Part shown: one piece after another, positions 11,013-21,346 of the stretch | Numbering within the stretch: position 1 is the first letter of the stretch | How the letters are laid out: each line of letters starts with the position of its first letter | Origin: an uncultured SAR86 cluster bacterium | GTDB lineage: Bacteria > Pseudomonadota > Gammaproteobacteria > Magnimaribacterales > AG-339-G14 | DNA: 60,640 nucleotides | Assembly: GCA_902624765.1 (NCBI GenBank) | Contig: CACNYO010000003.1 | Coordinates: forward strand, 1 to 60,640 | Direction: 5' to 3' | Notes under the pieces: model-generated | What the model was told of the DNA's origin: nothing | Databases searched by the model: none | What the model saw: the letters and a program-made list of their open reading frames with translations, nothing else | Program-made: the position numbers and the translations under genes

Positions 11013-11717
11013 TTATTCCTTTCCATATCTTCTATCTCTTGTAGAAAATTTTTTTAATGCTGATTTAAAATTAGATATTTTAAAATCAGGCCATAGTAAT
11101 TTCGAAAAATAAAGTTCAGAGTATGATATCTGCCAAAGAAAAAAATTACTTATTCGAACTTCGTTTCCAGTTCTTATCAACAAATCTGGATCAGGAAAAT
11201 TAGAAGTTGATAAGAGATTAGAAAAGTCATCTTCATTTATTTTATGAACATTTATTTTATGTTCTTTCAATCTTTTTATAGCACTCAGAATATCCCATCT
11301 TCCTCCATAACTTATGGCCACATTAAGATTAAGGTTTGGTTTCTTGGCTTGAGTATCCTTCATGGCAGAATTAATTTGGGATACAAGAGATTTAGAGAAA
11401 CGAGGGATGTCACCAATAAAATTTAGCTGAACCTTGTTTTCAATTAATTCTGGAACTTCTTTAATGATTGATTGAAGAAAGAGTTTCATTAAATCTGAAA
11501 CGTCTGAAGCAGATCTTTTCCAATTTTCTGTGCTAAAAGCAAATACAGATAAATGGGTTATTTCAGATTTTGCAGAATATTTAACAATATCTCTTAATCG
11601 ATTTACTCCCTGCTTATGACCTTCAATTGTCTTCAGATTCCGTTGCCTTGCCCATCGTGAGTTTCCATCCATTATTATGGCCACATGACCAATCTTATTG
11701 GATGAATTGCTCGTCAT
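11013..11717 (-). CDS. uppS: Undecaprenyl diphosphate synthase
   Basis: HVAIIMDGNSRWA, AFSTENWKR and DLLIRTGNEVRISNFFLWQ. Confidence 0.97.
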   Translation of the reverse strand: MTSNSSNKIGHVAIIMDGNSRWARQRNLKTIEGHKQGVNRLRDIVKYSAKSEITHLSVFAFSTENWKRSASDVSDLMKLFLQSIIKEVPELIENKVQLNFIGDIPRFSKSLVSQINSAMKDTQAKKPNLNLNVAISYGGRWDILSAIKRLKEHKINVHKINEDDFSNLLSTSNFPDPDLLIRTGNEVRISNFFLWQISYSELYFSKLLWPDFKISNFKSALKKFSTRDRRYGKE

Positions 11718-11722
11718 AGAAA

Positions 11723-12280
11723 CTAAATTTCAAGTAAGTCTTTCTCTTTTAATTCAAGTAATTGCTCAACCTTGGAAATAAAATCGTCAGTTAGATTCTG
11801 AATAATTTCTTGACCCCGCCTTTCATCATCTTCACTAATTTCTTTTTCTTTAAGATATTCTTTGAGCAGCCCGTTGGCGTCTCTTCTCTGATTCCTTAAA
11901 GCGATTTTTGAATTTTCTGCTTCCGATTTTGCTATCTTGATAAGATCCCTTCTGGTTTCTTCAGTTAAATCGGGAAGAATGACTCTAATGACATCACCTG
12001 AAGTAGCTGGATTGATACCTAAGTCAGATGACTGAATTGCTTTCTCTATGTCAGGTACTAAGTTTTTTTCCCAAGGAGAAATCAACAATGTTTTTGCATC
12101 TTGAACAGAAATGTTACTTACTTGAGAAAGTGGCGTCATATTCCCATAATAATCAATTTGTATGGCGTCTAGCAGAGAAGGATTAGCCCTGCCCGTTCTT
12201 ATTTTTTGTAATGAACTTTCAAGAGATGAAATGCTTTTTTCCATTCTCTCTAGAGTCTCTTGTTTTATTTCTTCTAACAT
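11723..12280 (-). CDS. frr: Ribosome recycling factor
   Basis: IRTGRANPSLLD and LTEETRRDL; 185 aa. Confidence 0.97.
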   Translation of the reverse strand: MLEEIKQETLERMEKSISSLESSLQKIRTGRANPSLLDAIQIDYYGNMTPLSQVSNISVQDAKTLLISPWEKNLVPDIEKAIQSSDLGINPATSGDVIRVILPDLTEETRRDLIKIAKSEAENSKIALRNQRRDANGLLKEYLKEKEISEDDERRGQEIIQNLTDDFISKVEQLLELKEKDLLEI

Positions 12281-12281
12281 A

Positions 12282-12992
12282 TTAATTTTTAAGTAATGTA
12301 CCTATTTCTTCCCCAGATATTGCTTTTTCAAATCCGTCCTTTTCATCAGCATTGAATACTCTAACTTGTAAATTATTATCTCTGCAAAAGCAAAGGGCAG
12401 TTTGATCCATTACTTGAAGGTTTTGATTAATTGCATCATCAAAAGTTAAGTTTTCAAATTTTTTGGCCTTTGGATTCTCTTTTGGATCCGTATCATAAAC
12501 TCCATTTACGTTGGTTGCTTTTAACATAAAATCTACTTCCAGTTCATTTGCTCTTATGCTTGCAGTTGAATCCGTGGTGAAAAGGGGATTTCCTATTCCC
12601 CCAACTAAGAGGACAACTTTTTGGTTCATGAGAGCATTTAAAGCATCTTCGGTATTATAAGCTTGAACAAAGTTTCCAATAGCAAATGAAGAGAAAAGTT
12701 TATTCGAATGGCCTTTTTCTCTAAGGAAGTTTGATAAAGCTATCCCATTCATAATAGTAGATAACATTCCTATGTAGTCTGCAGACACTCTATCGATTTT
12801 TATGTCTTTGAGATCTCTTCCTCGAAAGATATTTCCTCCTCCTAAAACTATCCCTAGTTGAATTTTTTTTTGTTTAGTAAAGTCTATAGCTGAAGATATT
12901 CTTTCAAAAGTTTTTTCATCAAAACCTTTTTCCTTTTTCCCAGCAAACCACTCTCCACTGAGCTTTAGAAGAACGCGTTTTGCTGATGCCAT
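12282..12992 (-). CDS. pyrH: UMP kinase
   Basis: RVLLKLSGE, GGGNIFRG, GNPLFTTD and GVYDTDP. Confidence 0.96.
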   Translation of the reverse strand: MASAKRVLLKLSGEWFAGKKEKGFDEKTFERISSAIDFTKQKKIQLGIVLGGGNIFRGRDLKDIKIDRVSADYIGMLSTIMNGIALSNFLREKGHSNKLFSSFAIGNFVQAYNTEDALNALMNQKVVLLVGGIGNPLFTTDSTASIRANELEVDFMLKATNVNGVYDTDPKENPKAKKFENLTFDDAINQNLQVMDQTALCFCRDNNLQVRVFNADEKDGFEKAISGEEIGTLLKN

Positions 12993-13835
12993 TTAAGAAT
13001 TTTGGAGTTGTGCTTGGACTTCGGAGGCAAAGTCCTTTTGCTCTACTTCTATTCCCTCGCCTACTTCTATACGTGTAAATTCAACAATAGAGTTCTTATG
13101 ATCATTAAGAATATTTTCAATTGAAATTGAAGGATCTTTAACAAAAGGCTGTTTAAGAAGACTTATTTCAGATAGAAATTTATTTAATCTACCCTCGATC
13201 ATTTTCTCGATAATTTCTTCTGGCTTATTTGTATCTTCAACCTGAGCCTTTAAAATTTGTTTTTCTTTCTCGATTGTTTCAGAGTCTACGTCTTCTGGAG
13301 ATAGAAACTTAGGATTGGATGCTGTGACGTGCATGGCAATATCCTTTCCTAATTCTTCATTGTCATCCTTAAGAGAAACTAGAGCACCGACCTTTCCATT
13401 GCTATGGATGTATGAATACAAATTATCTCCTCCAATAGATTCCTTTTTTCTAATGATTACATTTTCTCCAACCTTTTGAACAAGCCTTTGTCTTTCTGAT
13501 TCAAGGTCATCAGATATTTCTTCGATAGACTTTGAATCATTCTCTAAACAGTAATTTAAAACTTCCTGGCAAAAGGTTTTAAAGTTTTCATCTTTAGCAA
13601 CGAAATCAGTCTCGCAGTTAACTTCAATCATAAGATTGTTGGCTGTTAGCAATAATCCTTCAACAGCTGTTCTGGAAGCTTTTTTCTCTGCTTTTAAGTT
13701 GCTATTTATTTTTAGATATTCCACCGCCTCATCAAGGTTTCCACCTGTTTCCTTGAGGGCGGCCTTACATTCCATAATTCCTAGACCAGTTTTATCTCTC
13801 AGAGTTTTTACATCTGTAGCTTTGATTTCAGTCAT
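12993..13835 (-). CDS. tsf: Elongation factor Ts
   Basis: VKTLRDKTGLGIMECK, EVNCETDFVA and DIAMHV. Confidence 0.97.
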   Translation of the reverse strand: MTEIKATDVKTLRDKTGLGIMECKAALKETGGNLDEAVEYLKINSNLKAEKKASRTAVEGLLLTANNLMIEVNCETDFVAKDENFKTFCQEVLNYCLENDSKSIEEISDDLESERQRLVQKVGENVIIRKKESIGGDNLYSYIHSNGKVGALVSLKDDNEELGKDIAMHVTASNPKFLSPEDVDSETIEKEKQILKAQVEDTNKPEEIIEKMIEGRLNKFLSEISLLKQPFVKDPSISIENILNDHKNSIVEFTRIEVGEGIEVEQKDFASEVQAQLQNS

Positions 13836-14710
13836 TCTTTTACCTCATTAGATTCTTCCTTTTCGATTTCAGAGTCATTTTCCTCTGAAATATTCTCAGC
13901 TGGAGATTCTTCCTTTACTTCCTTTTTTTCCTTTGGTTCTTCTGAAGTTTTGGAATCTGATTTTTCTTTTTTATCAAGGTCGGATTTCTTTACAATCACT
14001 GGCCCATCACCATCGCCTCTTATACCCGTAGCTTTCTCAGCACCTTCGAGACATGCATTTGAAACTAATCTAGCAAGTAAAGAAATTGATCTTATGGCAT
14101 CATCATTTCCTGGAATAATATAGTCTACTGAATCAGGGTCGGAGTTTGTATCTACAAGACCAACAATAGGAATTCCCATTTTCTTGGCCTCTGCAACAGC
14201 AATTTTCTCATTCTCCACATCAACTATGAATAAAGCTTCTGGAAGTCCTCCCATGTTTTTTATTCCTCCAATGGATCTTTCTAGTTTATCCATTTCCTTT
14301 TTGAGCTTTAAAACTTCTTTTTTTGTATATTGATTAAACTTACCCTCTTCTTCCTGAGAAACTAAAAATTCATATCTTCTTATTGAAGCTCTTATTGTTT
14401 TATAATTCGTCAGCATTCCTCCCAGCCATCTATGGTTTACATAAGGCATACCGCACCTCTCTGCTTCTTGCCTAATTACCTCTCTTGCTGACCTCTTGGT
14501 TCCAACAAATAAAATTCTATTGTTCGAGGATGCAATTTTTTTGCAAAAGTCTAGGGATGGTTCCAAACAATCTAAAGTCTTTTGTAAGTCGATTATGTGT
14601 ACCTTATTCCTGGAGCCAAAAATAAATTTCTCCATCTTAGGATTCCAAAATCTAGTTTGATGTCCAAAATGGACACCTGCTTTAAGCATCTGTTCTATGG
14701 ATATTTCCAT
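13832..14710 (-). CDS. rpsB: 30S ribosomal protein uS2 with a charged C-terminal tail
   Basis: AGVHFGHQTRFWNPKM, RWLGGMLTN and IPGNDDAIRS. Confidence 0.98.
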   Translation of the reverse strand: MEISIEQMLKAGVHFGHQTRFWNPKMEKFIFGSRNKVHIIDLQKTLDCLEPSLDFCKKIASSNNRILFVGTKRSAREVIRQEAERCGMPYVNHRWLGGMLTNYKTIRASIRRYEFLVSQEEEGKFNQYTKKEVLKLKKEMDKLERSIGGIKNMGGLPEALFIVDVENEKIAVAEAKKMGIPIVGLVDTNSDPDSVDYIIPGNDDAIRSISLLARLVSNACLEGAEKATGIRGDGDGPVIVKKSDLDKKEKSDSKTSEEPKEKKEVKEESPAENISEENDSEIEKEESNEVKE

Positions 14711-14736
14711 ATTTAGCTCCTTTTGTTATAGGCATG

Positions 14737-14825
14737 ACGCCGGGTTATTCTTCCCTGGATCAAATAATTAACTGCTTCGAAGCAAAGCAGCACCCAAATA
14801 TTTGATTTATCCAAGTGTATTTTTA
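14737..14825 (-). promoter_or_regulatory. rpsB 5' leader (S2-autoregulatory, t44-type RNA element)
   Basis: Minus strand reads ATACAC-TTGGAT...GGGTG...ATCCAGGGAAG-AATAACCC. This matches the layout of the S2 leader: a long stem with a GGGU loop that can pair with downstream ACCC. Confidence 0.75.
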
Positions 14826-14840
14826 AGCTTTCGCGTGAGT

Positions 14841-14851
14841 TTTATATCACA
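14841..14851 (-). promoter_or_regulatory. Extended -10 promoter of rpsB-tsf
   Basis: TGTGATATAAA, resembling the TGTGGTATAAA extended -10 known for gammaproteobacterial rpsB. Confidence 0.65.
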
Positions 14852-14869
14852 TCTCAATATAAAGGAAAA

Positions 14870-15589
14870 CTAATTATTCAATGCATCGTCTACTGAATAG
14901 ACTCCAGGAGTTTTACAATGAATCCATTCAATTAATCTTAGTGCCCCAAAAGCAAATGCATTTCTATCAAAAGCTTTATGTTCGATTGATAAAATCTCAT
15001 TTTCTAAATAAAAATTAATCTTATGTGTTCCAATAGAGGACTCATCTCGATTTGAAATAATTTCAATATCTTTAATTTTGAGTATGTCTTTCAACTGCTC
15101 TTTTAACATTAATGCGGTACCTGAAGGAGTATCAATTTTTTTATTATGATGAGTTTCTTCAATATTTATTTTTTTTAAAGATAGTTTTTTTTCAGAAACA
15201 TAAGTCAATAAATTAACTAAGAAAGCTATCCCAAAACTTAAATTTGGTGCCTCTAAGATAGGAATAGTAAGACTTTCTTTATTAATAATTTCACGAAAAT
15301 CTCCTTTTCCGGTTGAAGCAATAATTAGGCTTGCATTAATTTCCTCACATTTTTCTATGATTTTTGCTAAATCTAAAGAAGTTGAACAATCAATAATAGC
15401 ATCGGCCTCTTTAAGCTCATTTAAGTCTGAAATGATTTTGATTCCTTGCAAGCTAGGACTTGAATTTGGAGAATCAATTTTTCCACTGACTAAGCCTCCA
15501 ATTAAGCTGATGCTAGATGATTTTCTTACCTCATCAACTATACTTGAACCTAGACGTCCTGAAATTCCGCATATGAATAACTTAATCAT
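14870..15589 (-). CDS. dapB: 4-hydroxy-tetrahydrodipicolinate reductase
   Basis: [30 protein letters not shown] and FAFGA; follows dnaJ. Confidence 0.93.
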   Translation of the reverse strand: MIKLFICGISGRLGSSIVDEVRKSSSISLIGGLVSGKIDSPNSSPSLQGIKIISDLNELKEADAIIDCSTSLDLAKIIEKCEEINASLIIASTGKGDFREIINKESLTIPILEAPNLSFGIAFLVNLLTYVSEKKLSLKKINIEETHHNKKIDTPSGTALMLKEQLKDILKIKDIEIISNRDESSIGTHKINFYLENEILSIEHKAFDRNAFAFGALRLIEWIHCKTPGVYSVDDALNN

Positions 15590-16665
15590 TGTCCTCTCAT
15601 GAAGTCCCTAGCATTCTCAAACCAAGACTTTTCTTTAGGTGAATTTTTACCCTTATCGAATGATTCTTTTAACTGTTCAAGAAGTTTTCTTTGCTGAGAA
15701 GATATATTAATTGGAGTTTCAATCTGTACTCTAACTAAAATATCTCCTTTAGATGCTCCATTAATAGGCCTGATGCCCTTACCTTTTAGTCTCATCAATT
15801 TATGACTTTGTGTACCAGAAGGGATTTTTAGCTTAACTTTTCCTTCTAAAGTTGGTACTTCAACGTACCCTCCAAGAACCGCATCGATGTAATTGATTGG
15901 TATCTCGCAATAAAGGTGTCTTCCATCTCTTTGAAATATTTTATGTTCCTGAATTTCGACAGTGATAAAGAGATCTCCATTAGGATTATTCCCATAACCA
16001 GGTTCGCCCTCTCCGGACAGTCTTATTCTGTCACCCGAATCAATTCCTGCCGGAATTTTCACTGACAAAGTTTTATCTTTTTTGATATATCCCTGACCAT
16101 GACAAAGATTGCAGTTAGGATCATGAATCTCACCTTCTCCTCTACATTGGGGACAAGTTTGCTGCATCGAAAAAAAACCTTGTTGCATCCTGACTACTCC
16201 TGCCCCAGAACAATAAGAACAAGCAGAAAATTTACCCGAACATCTTTGCTTAGATGGAATTTGAAGATTGACTTCGGTTCCCCTTACAGCTTCCTCTAAT
16301 GTAATGCTTAAATTATATGCTAGATCTGCACCGCTCGATCTTGACCTACCCCTAGAAGATCCGCCAAAGATATCCGAAAAAATATCTCCAAAGATATCGC
16401 TAAATGCATCTGCGGCACCTTGCGCACTTGAATATTGTGAATTTACTCCTTGATGACCGAAATTATCGTAAGCTTGTCTTTTTTGATCATCTGAAAGAAT
16501 TTCATAGGCTTCTGATAATTCCTTAAATTTATCCGCGGCCTCTTTATCATCTGGATTTCTATCCGGATGATATTTCATAGCTAATTTTCTATAAGATTTT
16601 TTTAGTTCATCTTTTGAAGAAGACCTTGAGACCCCTAAAACGTCATAGTAGTCTCGTTTACTCAT
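15586..16665 (-). CDS. dnaJ: Chaperone DnaJ with an atypical zinc finger
   Basis: J domain with HPD, three DIF motifs, three intact CxxCxGxG repeats and C-terminal domains. Confidence 0.97.
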   Translation of the reverse strand: MSKRDYYDVLGVSRSSSKDELKKSYRKLAMKYHPDRNPDDKEAADKFKELSEAYEILSDDQKRQAYDNFGHQGVNSQYSSAQGAADAFSDIFGDIFSDIFGGSSRGRSRSSGADLAYNLSITLEEAVRGTEVNLQIPSKQRCSGKFSACSYCSGAGVVRMQQGFFSMQQTCPQCRGEGEIHDPNCNLCHGQGYIKKDKTLSVKIPAGIDSGDRIRLSGEGEPGYGNNPNGDLFITVEIQEHKIFQRDGRHLYCEIPINYIDAVLGGYVEVPTLEGKVKLKIPSGTQSHKLMRLKGKGIRPINGASKGDILVRVQIETPINISSQQRKLLEQLKESFDKGKNSPKEKSWFENARDFMRGQ

Positions 16666-16681
16666 GGAAACTAGTGAAAAT

Positions 16682-18604
16682 CTATCTAGATTCTTCTTTT
16701 ACTTCTTCAAAATCAGCATCAACAACATTCTCTTCATTTGATCCTTGGTCATTATTATCTGCACCTTGATCAGCTCCTTGTGATTCTTGTTGTTGTTCGG
16801 CATAAAGTCTTTGTGCCATTGCTGAAGAAGCATCCGTTAGAGCTTTAGTTTTCTCTTCTATAATATCTTTATCATCTCCTTTAAGGGCTTCCTCTAATTC
16901 TGAAATAGCAGCTTCTATGGCAGACTTTTCTTCATCTGATACTTTATCTTTAGATTCCTCTATAGTTTTTTTACATCCGTGAATAAGAGTATCTGCTGTG
17001 TTTCTTGCATTAACCAATTCCTCAAATTTCTTATCGATATCTGCATTTGCCTCAGCATCGGTGACCATTTTTTCTATCTCATCTTCAGATAATCCGCCAG
17101 ATGCCTGGATAGTAATCTTTTGTTCTTTGCCTGTTGCTTTGTCTTTTGCCGAAACGTTTAAAATTCCATTGGCGTCGATATCAAAAGCTACTTCAATCTG
17201 AGGCATGCCTCTGGGGGCAGGCGCTATACCATCCAGGTTAAAAAGACCCAATTGCTTGTTATCTGCAGCTTGTTTTCTTTCGCCTTGAACTACATTGACA
17301 GTCACAGCTGTTTGATTATCTTCTGCTGTAGAGAAAATTTGAGATTTATTAGTGGGGATAGTCGTGTTTTTGTCAATCAAAGGAGTAGCAACGCCACCTA
17401 AAGTTTCAATCCCAAGAGTTAATGGGGTTACATCTAGTAAAAGGATGTCAGTAACATCTCCTGCTAAAACTGCACCTTGGACTGCTGCACCCATGGCAAC
17501 TGCTTCGTCAGGATTTATGTCTTGTCTTGGTTCTTTTCCGAAAAATTCCTTAACTTTTTCTTGAACGAGAGGCATTCTTGTTTGTCCGCCCACTAAGATA
17601 ACATCAGATATATCAGATGGAGACAAACCAGCATCCTTCATAGCTATCTCAACAGGTTTAATACTTCTTTCTATCAATTCTGATACTAAGGATTCAAATT
17701 TAGCTCTTGTGATTTTGTAGAGCAAATGTTTTGGTCCTGAAGAGTCAGCAGTCACGTAAGGAAGATTAATTTCAGTTTGTTGATTAGATGATAATTCTAT
17801 CTTAGCTTTTTCAGCGGCTTCTTTAAGTCTCTGCAGAGCAGCTGGATCAGCTTTCAAATCCACGCCCTGATCTTTCTTAAATTCGTCTACTAAGAAATCT
17901 ATAATTGCGATGTCGAAATCCTCACCTCCAAGGAAAGTATCCCCATTTGTCGAAAGTACCTCAAATTGCTTTTCTCCTTCAACTTCAGCTAGTTCAATGA
18001 TAGAGATATCAAATGTTCCACCACCTAAATCGTAGACAGCTATTTTCTGATCAGAAGTTTTCTTATCCAAACCAAAAGCAAGTGCTGCCGCAGTAGGCTC
18101 GTTTATAATTCTTTTAACCTCCAAACCAGCTATCTTTCCAGCATCTTTGGTTGCCTGACGTTGAGAATCATTAAAATAAGCTGGAACAGTTATTACTGCT
18201 TCTTTAACTTCTTGCCCAAGGTATTCTTCCGCTCTCTTTTTTAAAGTTCTAAGAATTTCCGCAGAAACTTGTTGAGGTGCTAAACCTTTTCCATCAGCTT
18301 CGACCCATGCATCCCCGTTGTCAGCCTTAATGATTTTGAATGGCACCATATCTTTGTCTTTTTTAACAACATCATCATCAAATCTTCTACCAATGAGCCT
18401 TTTAATTGCATAAAGAGTATTTTCAGGATTAGTTACAGATTGCCTTTTAGCACTCATACCAACAAGAATCTCATCTGTGTAAGCCACAACAGATGGAGTT
18501 GTCCTTGAACCTTCTGAATTTTCAATAACTTTAGCCTGGTTACCTTCCATTACAGCAACGCAAGAATTTGTGGTTCCAAGGTCTATTCCTATAATTTTAG
18601 ACAT
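16682..18604 (-). CDS. dnaK: Chaperone DnaK
   Basis: [11 protein letters not shown] and DLGGGTFD; AGGAG Shine-Dalgarno upstream. Confidence 0.99.
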   Translation of the reverse strand: MSKIIGIDLGTTNSCVAVMEGNQAKVIENSEGSRTTPSVVAYTDEILVGMSAKRQSVTNPENTLYAIKRLIGRRFDDDVVKKDKDMVPFKIIKADNGDAWVEADGKGLAPQQVSAEILRTLKKRAEEYLGQEVKEAVITVPAYFNDSQRQATKDAGKIAGLEVKRIINEPTAAALAFGLDKKTSDQKIAVYDLGGGTFDISIIELAEVEGEKQFEVLSTNGDTFLGGEDFDIAIIDFLVDEFKKDQGVDLKADPAALQRLKEAAEKAKIELSSNQQTEINLPYVTADSSGPKHLLYKITRAKFESLVSELIERSIKPVEIAMKDAGLSPSDISDVILVGGQTRMPLVQEKVKEFFGKEPRQDINPDEAVAMGAAVQGAVLAGDVTDILLLDVTPLTLGIETLGGVATPLIDKNTTIPTNKSQIFSTAEDNQTAVTVNVVQGERKQAADNKQLGLFNLDGIAPAPRGMPQIEVAFDIDANGILNVSAKDKATGKEQKITIQASGGLSEDEIEKMVTDAEANADIDKKFEELVNARNTADTLIHGCKKTIEESKDKVSDEEKSAIEAAISELEEALKGDDKDIIEEKTKALTDASSAMAQRLYAEQQQESQGADQGADNNDQGSNEENVVDADFEEVKEESR

Positions 18605-18656
18605 AACTTTTATCTCCTTTTATCCATACATATGGCTTTTTTAGGAAAAAACAAGC

Positions 18657-19199
18657 TTAATGAGGGATTTTATTAACTACAACTAGCGCGGGCCTAATAA
18701 GTCGGTCATTAAGTGTGCAGCCCTTTTGTGCAACGGATAAAATAGTATTATTTCCTTTTTCTTTATCGCTAGAAGTTGATATTGCTTCATGTAATTTGGG
18801 ATCAAATTCCTCTCCTAATGGATCTAAGAGAATTATTCCGTTCTTGCTCAAGACGTTCTCTAATTCTCTCAAAATTAACTCATATCCATCTGCAGGAATA
18901 GTATTTTCTTCTGTTTTAAAATCCAGGTTTCTAAATAAATTATCTATGACCGAGAGCAAGTCTTTCATGAATGCTTCTAAGCCAAATATTCTTGCACGCA
19001 CGATATCATTTTGAGCTGACTTTTGAGTATTGATCATTTCTGCTTGGAGTCTGAGGATTTGATCCTCTAAGAAGGAAATCTTATCTTCAAGAGACGCATC
19101 TTCCTCATTTGAAGAAGATTCTAATTCGGGATTCTCTTGGATTTCTTCTTCAGATGGTGTTGCATCATTTGATTCGTCAGAACCTTTTTTTTTATTCAT
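18657..19199 (-). CDS. grpE: Nucleotide exchange factor GrpE
   Basis: LRLQAEMIN, FDPKLHEA and QKGCTLNDRLIRPALVVV. Start placed at ATG 19199 (after GAGGAAG), overlapping the fur stop. Confidence 0.93.
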   Translation of the reverse strand: MNKKKGSDESNDATPSEEEIQENPELESSSNEEDASLEDKISFLEDQILRLQAEMINTQKSAQNDIVRARIFGLEAFMKDLLSVIDNLFRNLDFKTEENTIPADGYELILRELENVLSKNGIILLDPLGEEFDPKLHEAISTSSDKEKGNNTILSVAQKGCTLNDRLIRPALVVVNKIPH

Positions 19200-19617
19200 C
19201 TTCCTCTTTTGGCTCAACGTAAAGAACTAAATTATGATCGATTAATCTATAGCCATGAGAGTCAGCAAGTTTCTTTTGTATCTCAGCAATAGTTTCATCA
19301 TTAAATTCAATTACTTTTCCGGTTTTAATACATACCATATGATCATGATGTTCATCATAATCAGGATTTGAGACCGGTTCGTAAACAGACTGTCCAGATT
19401 CAAAATTTCTTTTGACTAAAATTCCAGCAGCTTCAAATTGAGTCAAAACCCTATAAACTGTTGCAAGACCGATTTCGTCTCCAGAATCCATTATTTTTTT
19501 ATAAACATCATCAGCGCTCAGATGTCTCTCGCTTGACTGATCAAATATTTCTAAAATTCTAACTCTTGGAAGTGTGACTCTTAATCCAGCTTCTCTAATA
19601 TTTTTATCTTTTACCAT
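19192..19617 (-). CDS. fur: Ferric uptake regulator
   Basis: AGLRVTLPRVRIL, HLSADDVY, GLATVYRVLTQF and HHDHMVC. Confidence 0.96.
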   Translation of the reverse strand: MVKDKNIREAGLRVTLPRVRILEIFDQSSERHLSADDVYKKIMDSGDEIGLATVYRVLTQFEAAGILVKRNFESGQSVYEPVSNPDYDEHHDHMVCIKTGKVIEFNDETIAEIQKKLADSHGYRLIDHNLVLYVEPKEEDE

Positions 19618-19654
19618 TTTAATATGTTATTTCCCTATTATAATTGGGATTTCT

Positions 19655-19981
19655 ATGAATAATTCAATAAAATTAATTCTAGTTGGACTTTTGGTAATTT
19701 CATGCAGCGACCGATTTTATAGGGTTGTTGTTCCACAAGGTAACCTCGTCACTGACGAAATGATCCAACAATTAGAAGTTGGAATGACAGAAGCACAAGT
19801 TAATTTTATTATGGGCACTCCTCTTATAAGAGATCCTTTAGAAAGAGATAGATGGGAGTATTATCGTCAGATAATTCATGGAGAAAAGCTTTTAGGTAAA
19901 ACAAGCTTCACCCTAAATTTTGATTCGGGTAGGCTTCTCTCATGGACTAACAATCTAGAACAGAGCAAAAACAAAGACTAA
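19655..19981 (+). CDS. bamE: Outer membrane assembly lipoprotein BamE (SmpA/OmlA)
   Basis: Lipobox LVISC, QGN and GMTEAQVNFIMGTPL...RWEY; divergent from fur. Start moved to ATG 19655. Confidence 0.93.
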   Translation: MNNSIKLILVGLLVISCSDRFYRVVVPQGNLVTDEMIQQLEVGMTEAQVNFIMGTPLIRDPLERDRWEYYRQIIHGEKLLGKTSFTLNFDSGRLLSWTNNLEQSKNKD

Positions 19982-21298
19982 TCCAATTAAGATTGGAGCG
20001 ACATATTTAGTCAGATTTATCCAAATTTTCCAATAAACTTCGTTTTTAATCTTCAACTCGTCTCTTACAAAACTCTCTGAAAGAACCCATCCGACTAATA
20101 GGGCAATGAATAAACCACCTAATGGCAACATGATTGAATTAGTTAAAAAATCCATGAAATCTAAGAAAGACATAGAGAAAATTTGAAAGTCTGCAATCAA
20201 ATTAAATGAGAATAAACTTCCAAGTCCCAGTAGCCAAGCAATAATTCCAAGAATAGATACAGCATAAGTTCTTGGAATTTTGAATCTATCCTCCATCCAA
20301 GCTGTGCTTGGTTCAATCAAAGATACAGACGAGCTTAAAGCAGCCAAAGATACAAGAATAAAAAATAAAGCTGATGCAAAAGAACTGAAGGGAATACCAA
20401 AAAAAGCTATGGGCAGCGTCTCAAAAAATAGTGATGGACCAGCGGTTGGCGTGAGCTCAGGGTTAGCAAAAACGATTGGAAAGATAATTATTCCTGCAAT
20501 AATTGCTACAAAAGTATCTAGAAAAATTATCAAGCTTACAGTTTTGGTCAAGTTTTGTTCCTCAGGAATGTATGCTCCATATGCCATAATTGCTCCCATG
20601 CCTAAACTCAGAGTAAAAAATGCTTGTCCCATGGCAGCAATAATTACACTCGAGGAAATCTTAGAAAAGTCAGGCATGAAAAGAAAACTTATAGCTTTTT
20701 CGATTTCTCCTGTGAATGATGAGTAAATTGATAGAAGAATTATTAAAAAAAATAATGTTGGCATAATTACCTTGATAGTAGCTCCAATTCCATCTACTAC
20801 TCCTTTCGCAACAATGAAACAAGTTAAAATCAAAAAAAGGCTATGCCAAAAGATCATTTTTATTGGAGAGGATTGAAATTGGGAAAAAAAATCAACCGAG
20901 TATTTAGAAGGATTTAGTGAGTCAGCAGGAATTGGGCTAAAAATATAGGCCAAAGAAATTCCTGCAAAGACGCTGTAGTAAGATAAGATCATTAAACCTG
21001 CTAAGGCGCCAAACCAACCTAGCAAAACCCAATATGATGAAATTCCCTTTAGGGAAACAAATTTTTTCATTGTGTATACAGGGCTTGATCTTCCATACTT
21101 TCCTAAGAAAATCTCAGACATCATCACAGGAAATCCAATTAATACAATGCAGGCTAAATAAATTATTACAAATGCTCCTCCTCCGTTTTCACCCGCCATG
21201 TAAGGAAATTTCCAAATATTTCCAAGTCCTACAGCGGATCCTGCTGCAGCTAAGATAAAAGTCCAATTGCCTTTCCAGATTTTTGAATTATTTGCCAT
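19955..21298 (-). CDS. Sodium-dependent transporter, NSS/SNF (LeuT-like) family
   Basis: AAGSAVGLGNIWKFPY, NGGGAF and GQAFFTLSLG; multiple transmembrane segments. Confidence 0.93.
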   Translation of the reverse strand: MANNSKIWKGNWTFILAAAGSAVGLGNIWKFPYMAGENGGGAFVIIYLACIVLIGFPVMMSEIFLGKYGRSSPVYTMKKFVSLKGISSYWVLLGWFGALAGLMILSYYSVFAGISLAYIFSPIPADSLNPSKYSVDFFSQFQSSPIKMIFWHSLFLILTCFIVAKGVVDGIGATIKVIMPTLFFLIILLSIYSSFTGEIEKAISFLFMPDFSKISSSVIIAAMGQAFFTLSLGMGAIMAYGAYIPEEQNLTKTVSLIIFLDTFVAIIAGIIIFPIVFANPELTPTAGPSLFFETLPIAFFGIPFSSFASALFFILVSLAALSSSVSLIEPSTAWMEDRFKIPRTYAVSILGIIAWLLGLGSLFSFNLIADFQIFSMSFLDFMDFLTNSIMLPLGGLFIALLVGWVLSESFVRDELKIKNEVYWKIWINLTKYVAPILIGLVFVFALF

Positions 21299-21346
21299 AT
21301 GTAGACGTTTCTAAAAGAATCATTACTTAATAGTTATACTACATCA

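Noticed and set aside
16360-16410. Repeated GATAT(C/T)TT motif inside dnaJ
   Set aside because: It simply encodes the three conserved DIF motifs.
18605-18656. Sigma32-like promoter before dnaK (CTTGTT...AGCCATAT)
   Set aside because: Both boxes are degenerate and the spacing is short relative to CTTGAA-N13/14-CCCCAT, so it is not listed as a feature.
19185-19193. A9/T9 homopolymer at the start of grpE, and other A/T runs of 7-8 nt
   Set aside because: Expected in AT-rich, Lys-rich coding sequence. Reading frames are intact and the genes are essential, so there is no support for phase variation or programmed frameshifting.
19618-19654. Fur box upstream of fur
   Set aside because: No convincing match to GATAATGATAATCATTATC; AT richness explains the partial similarity.
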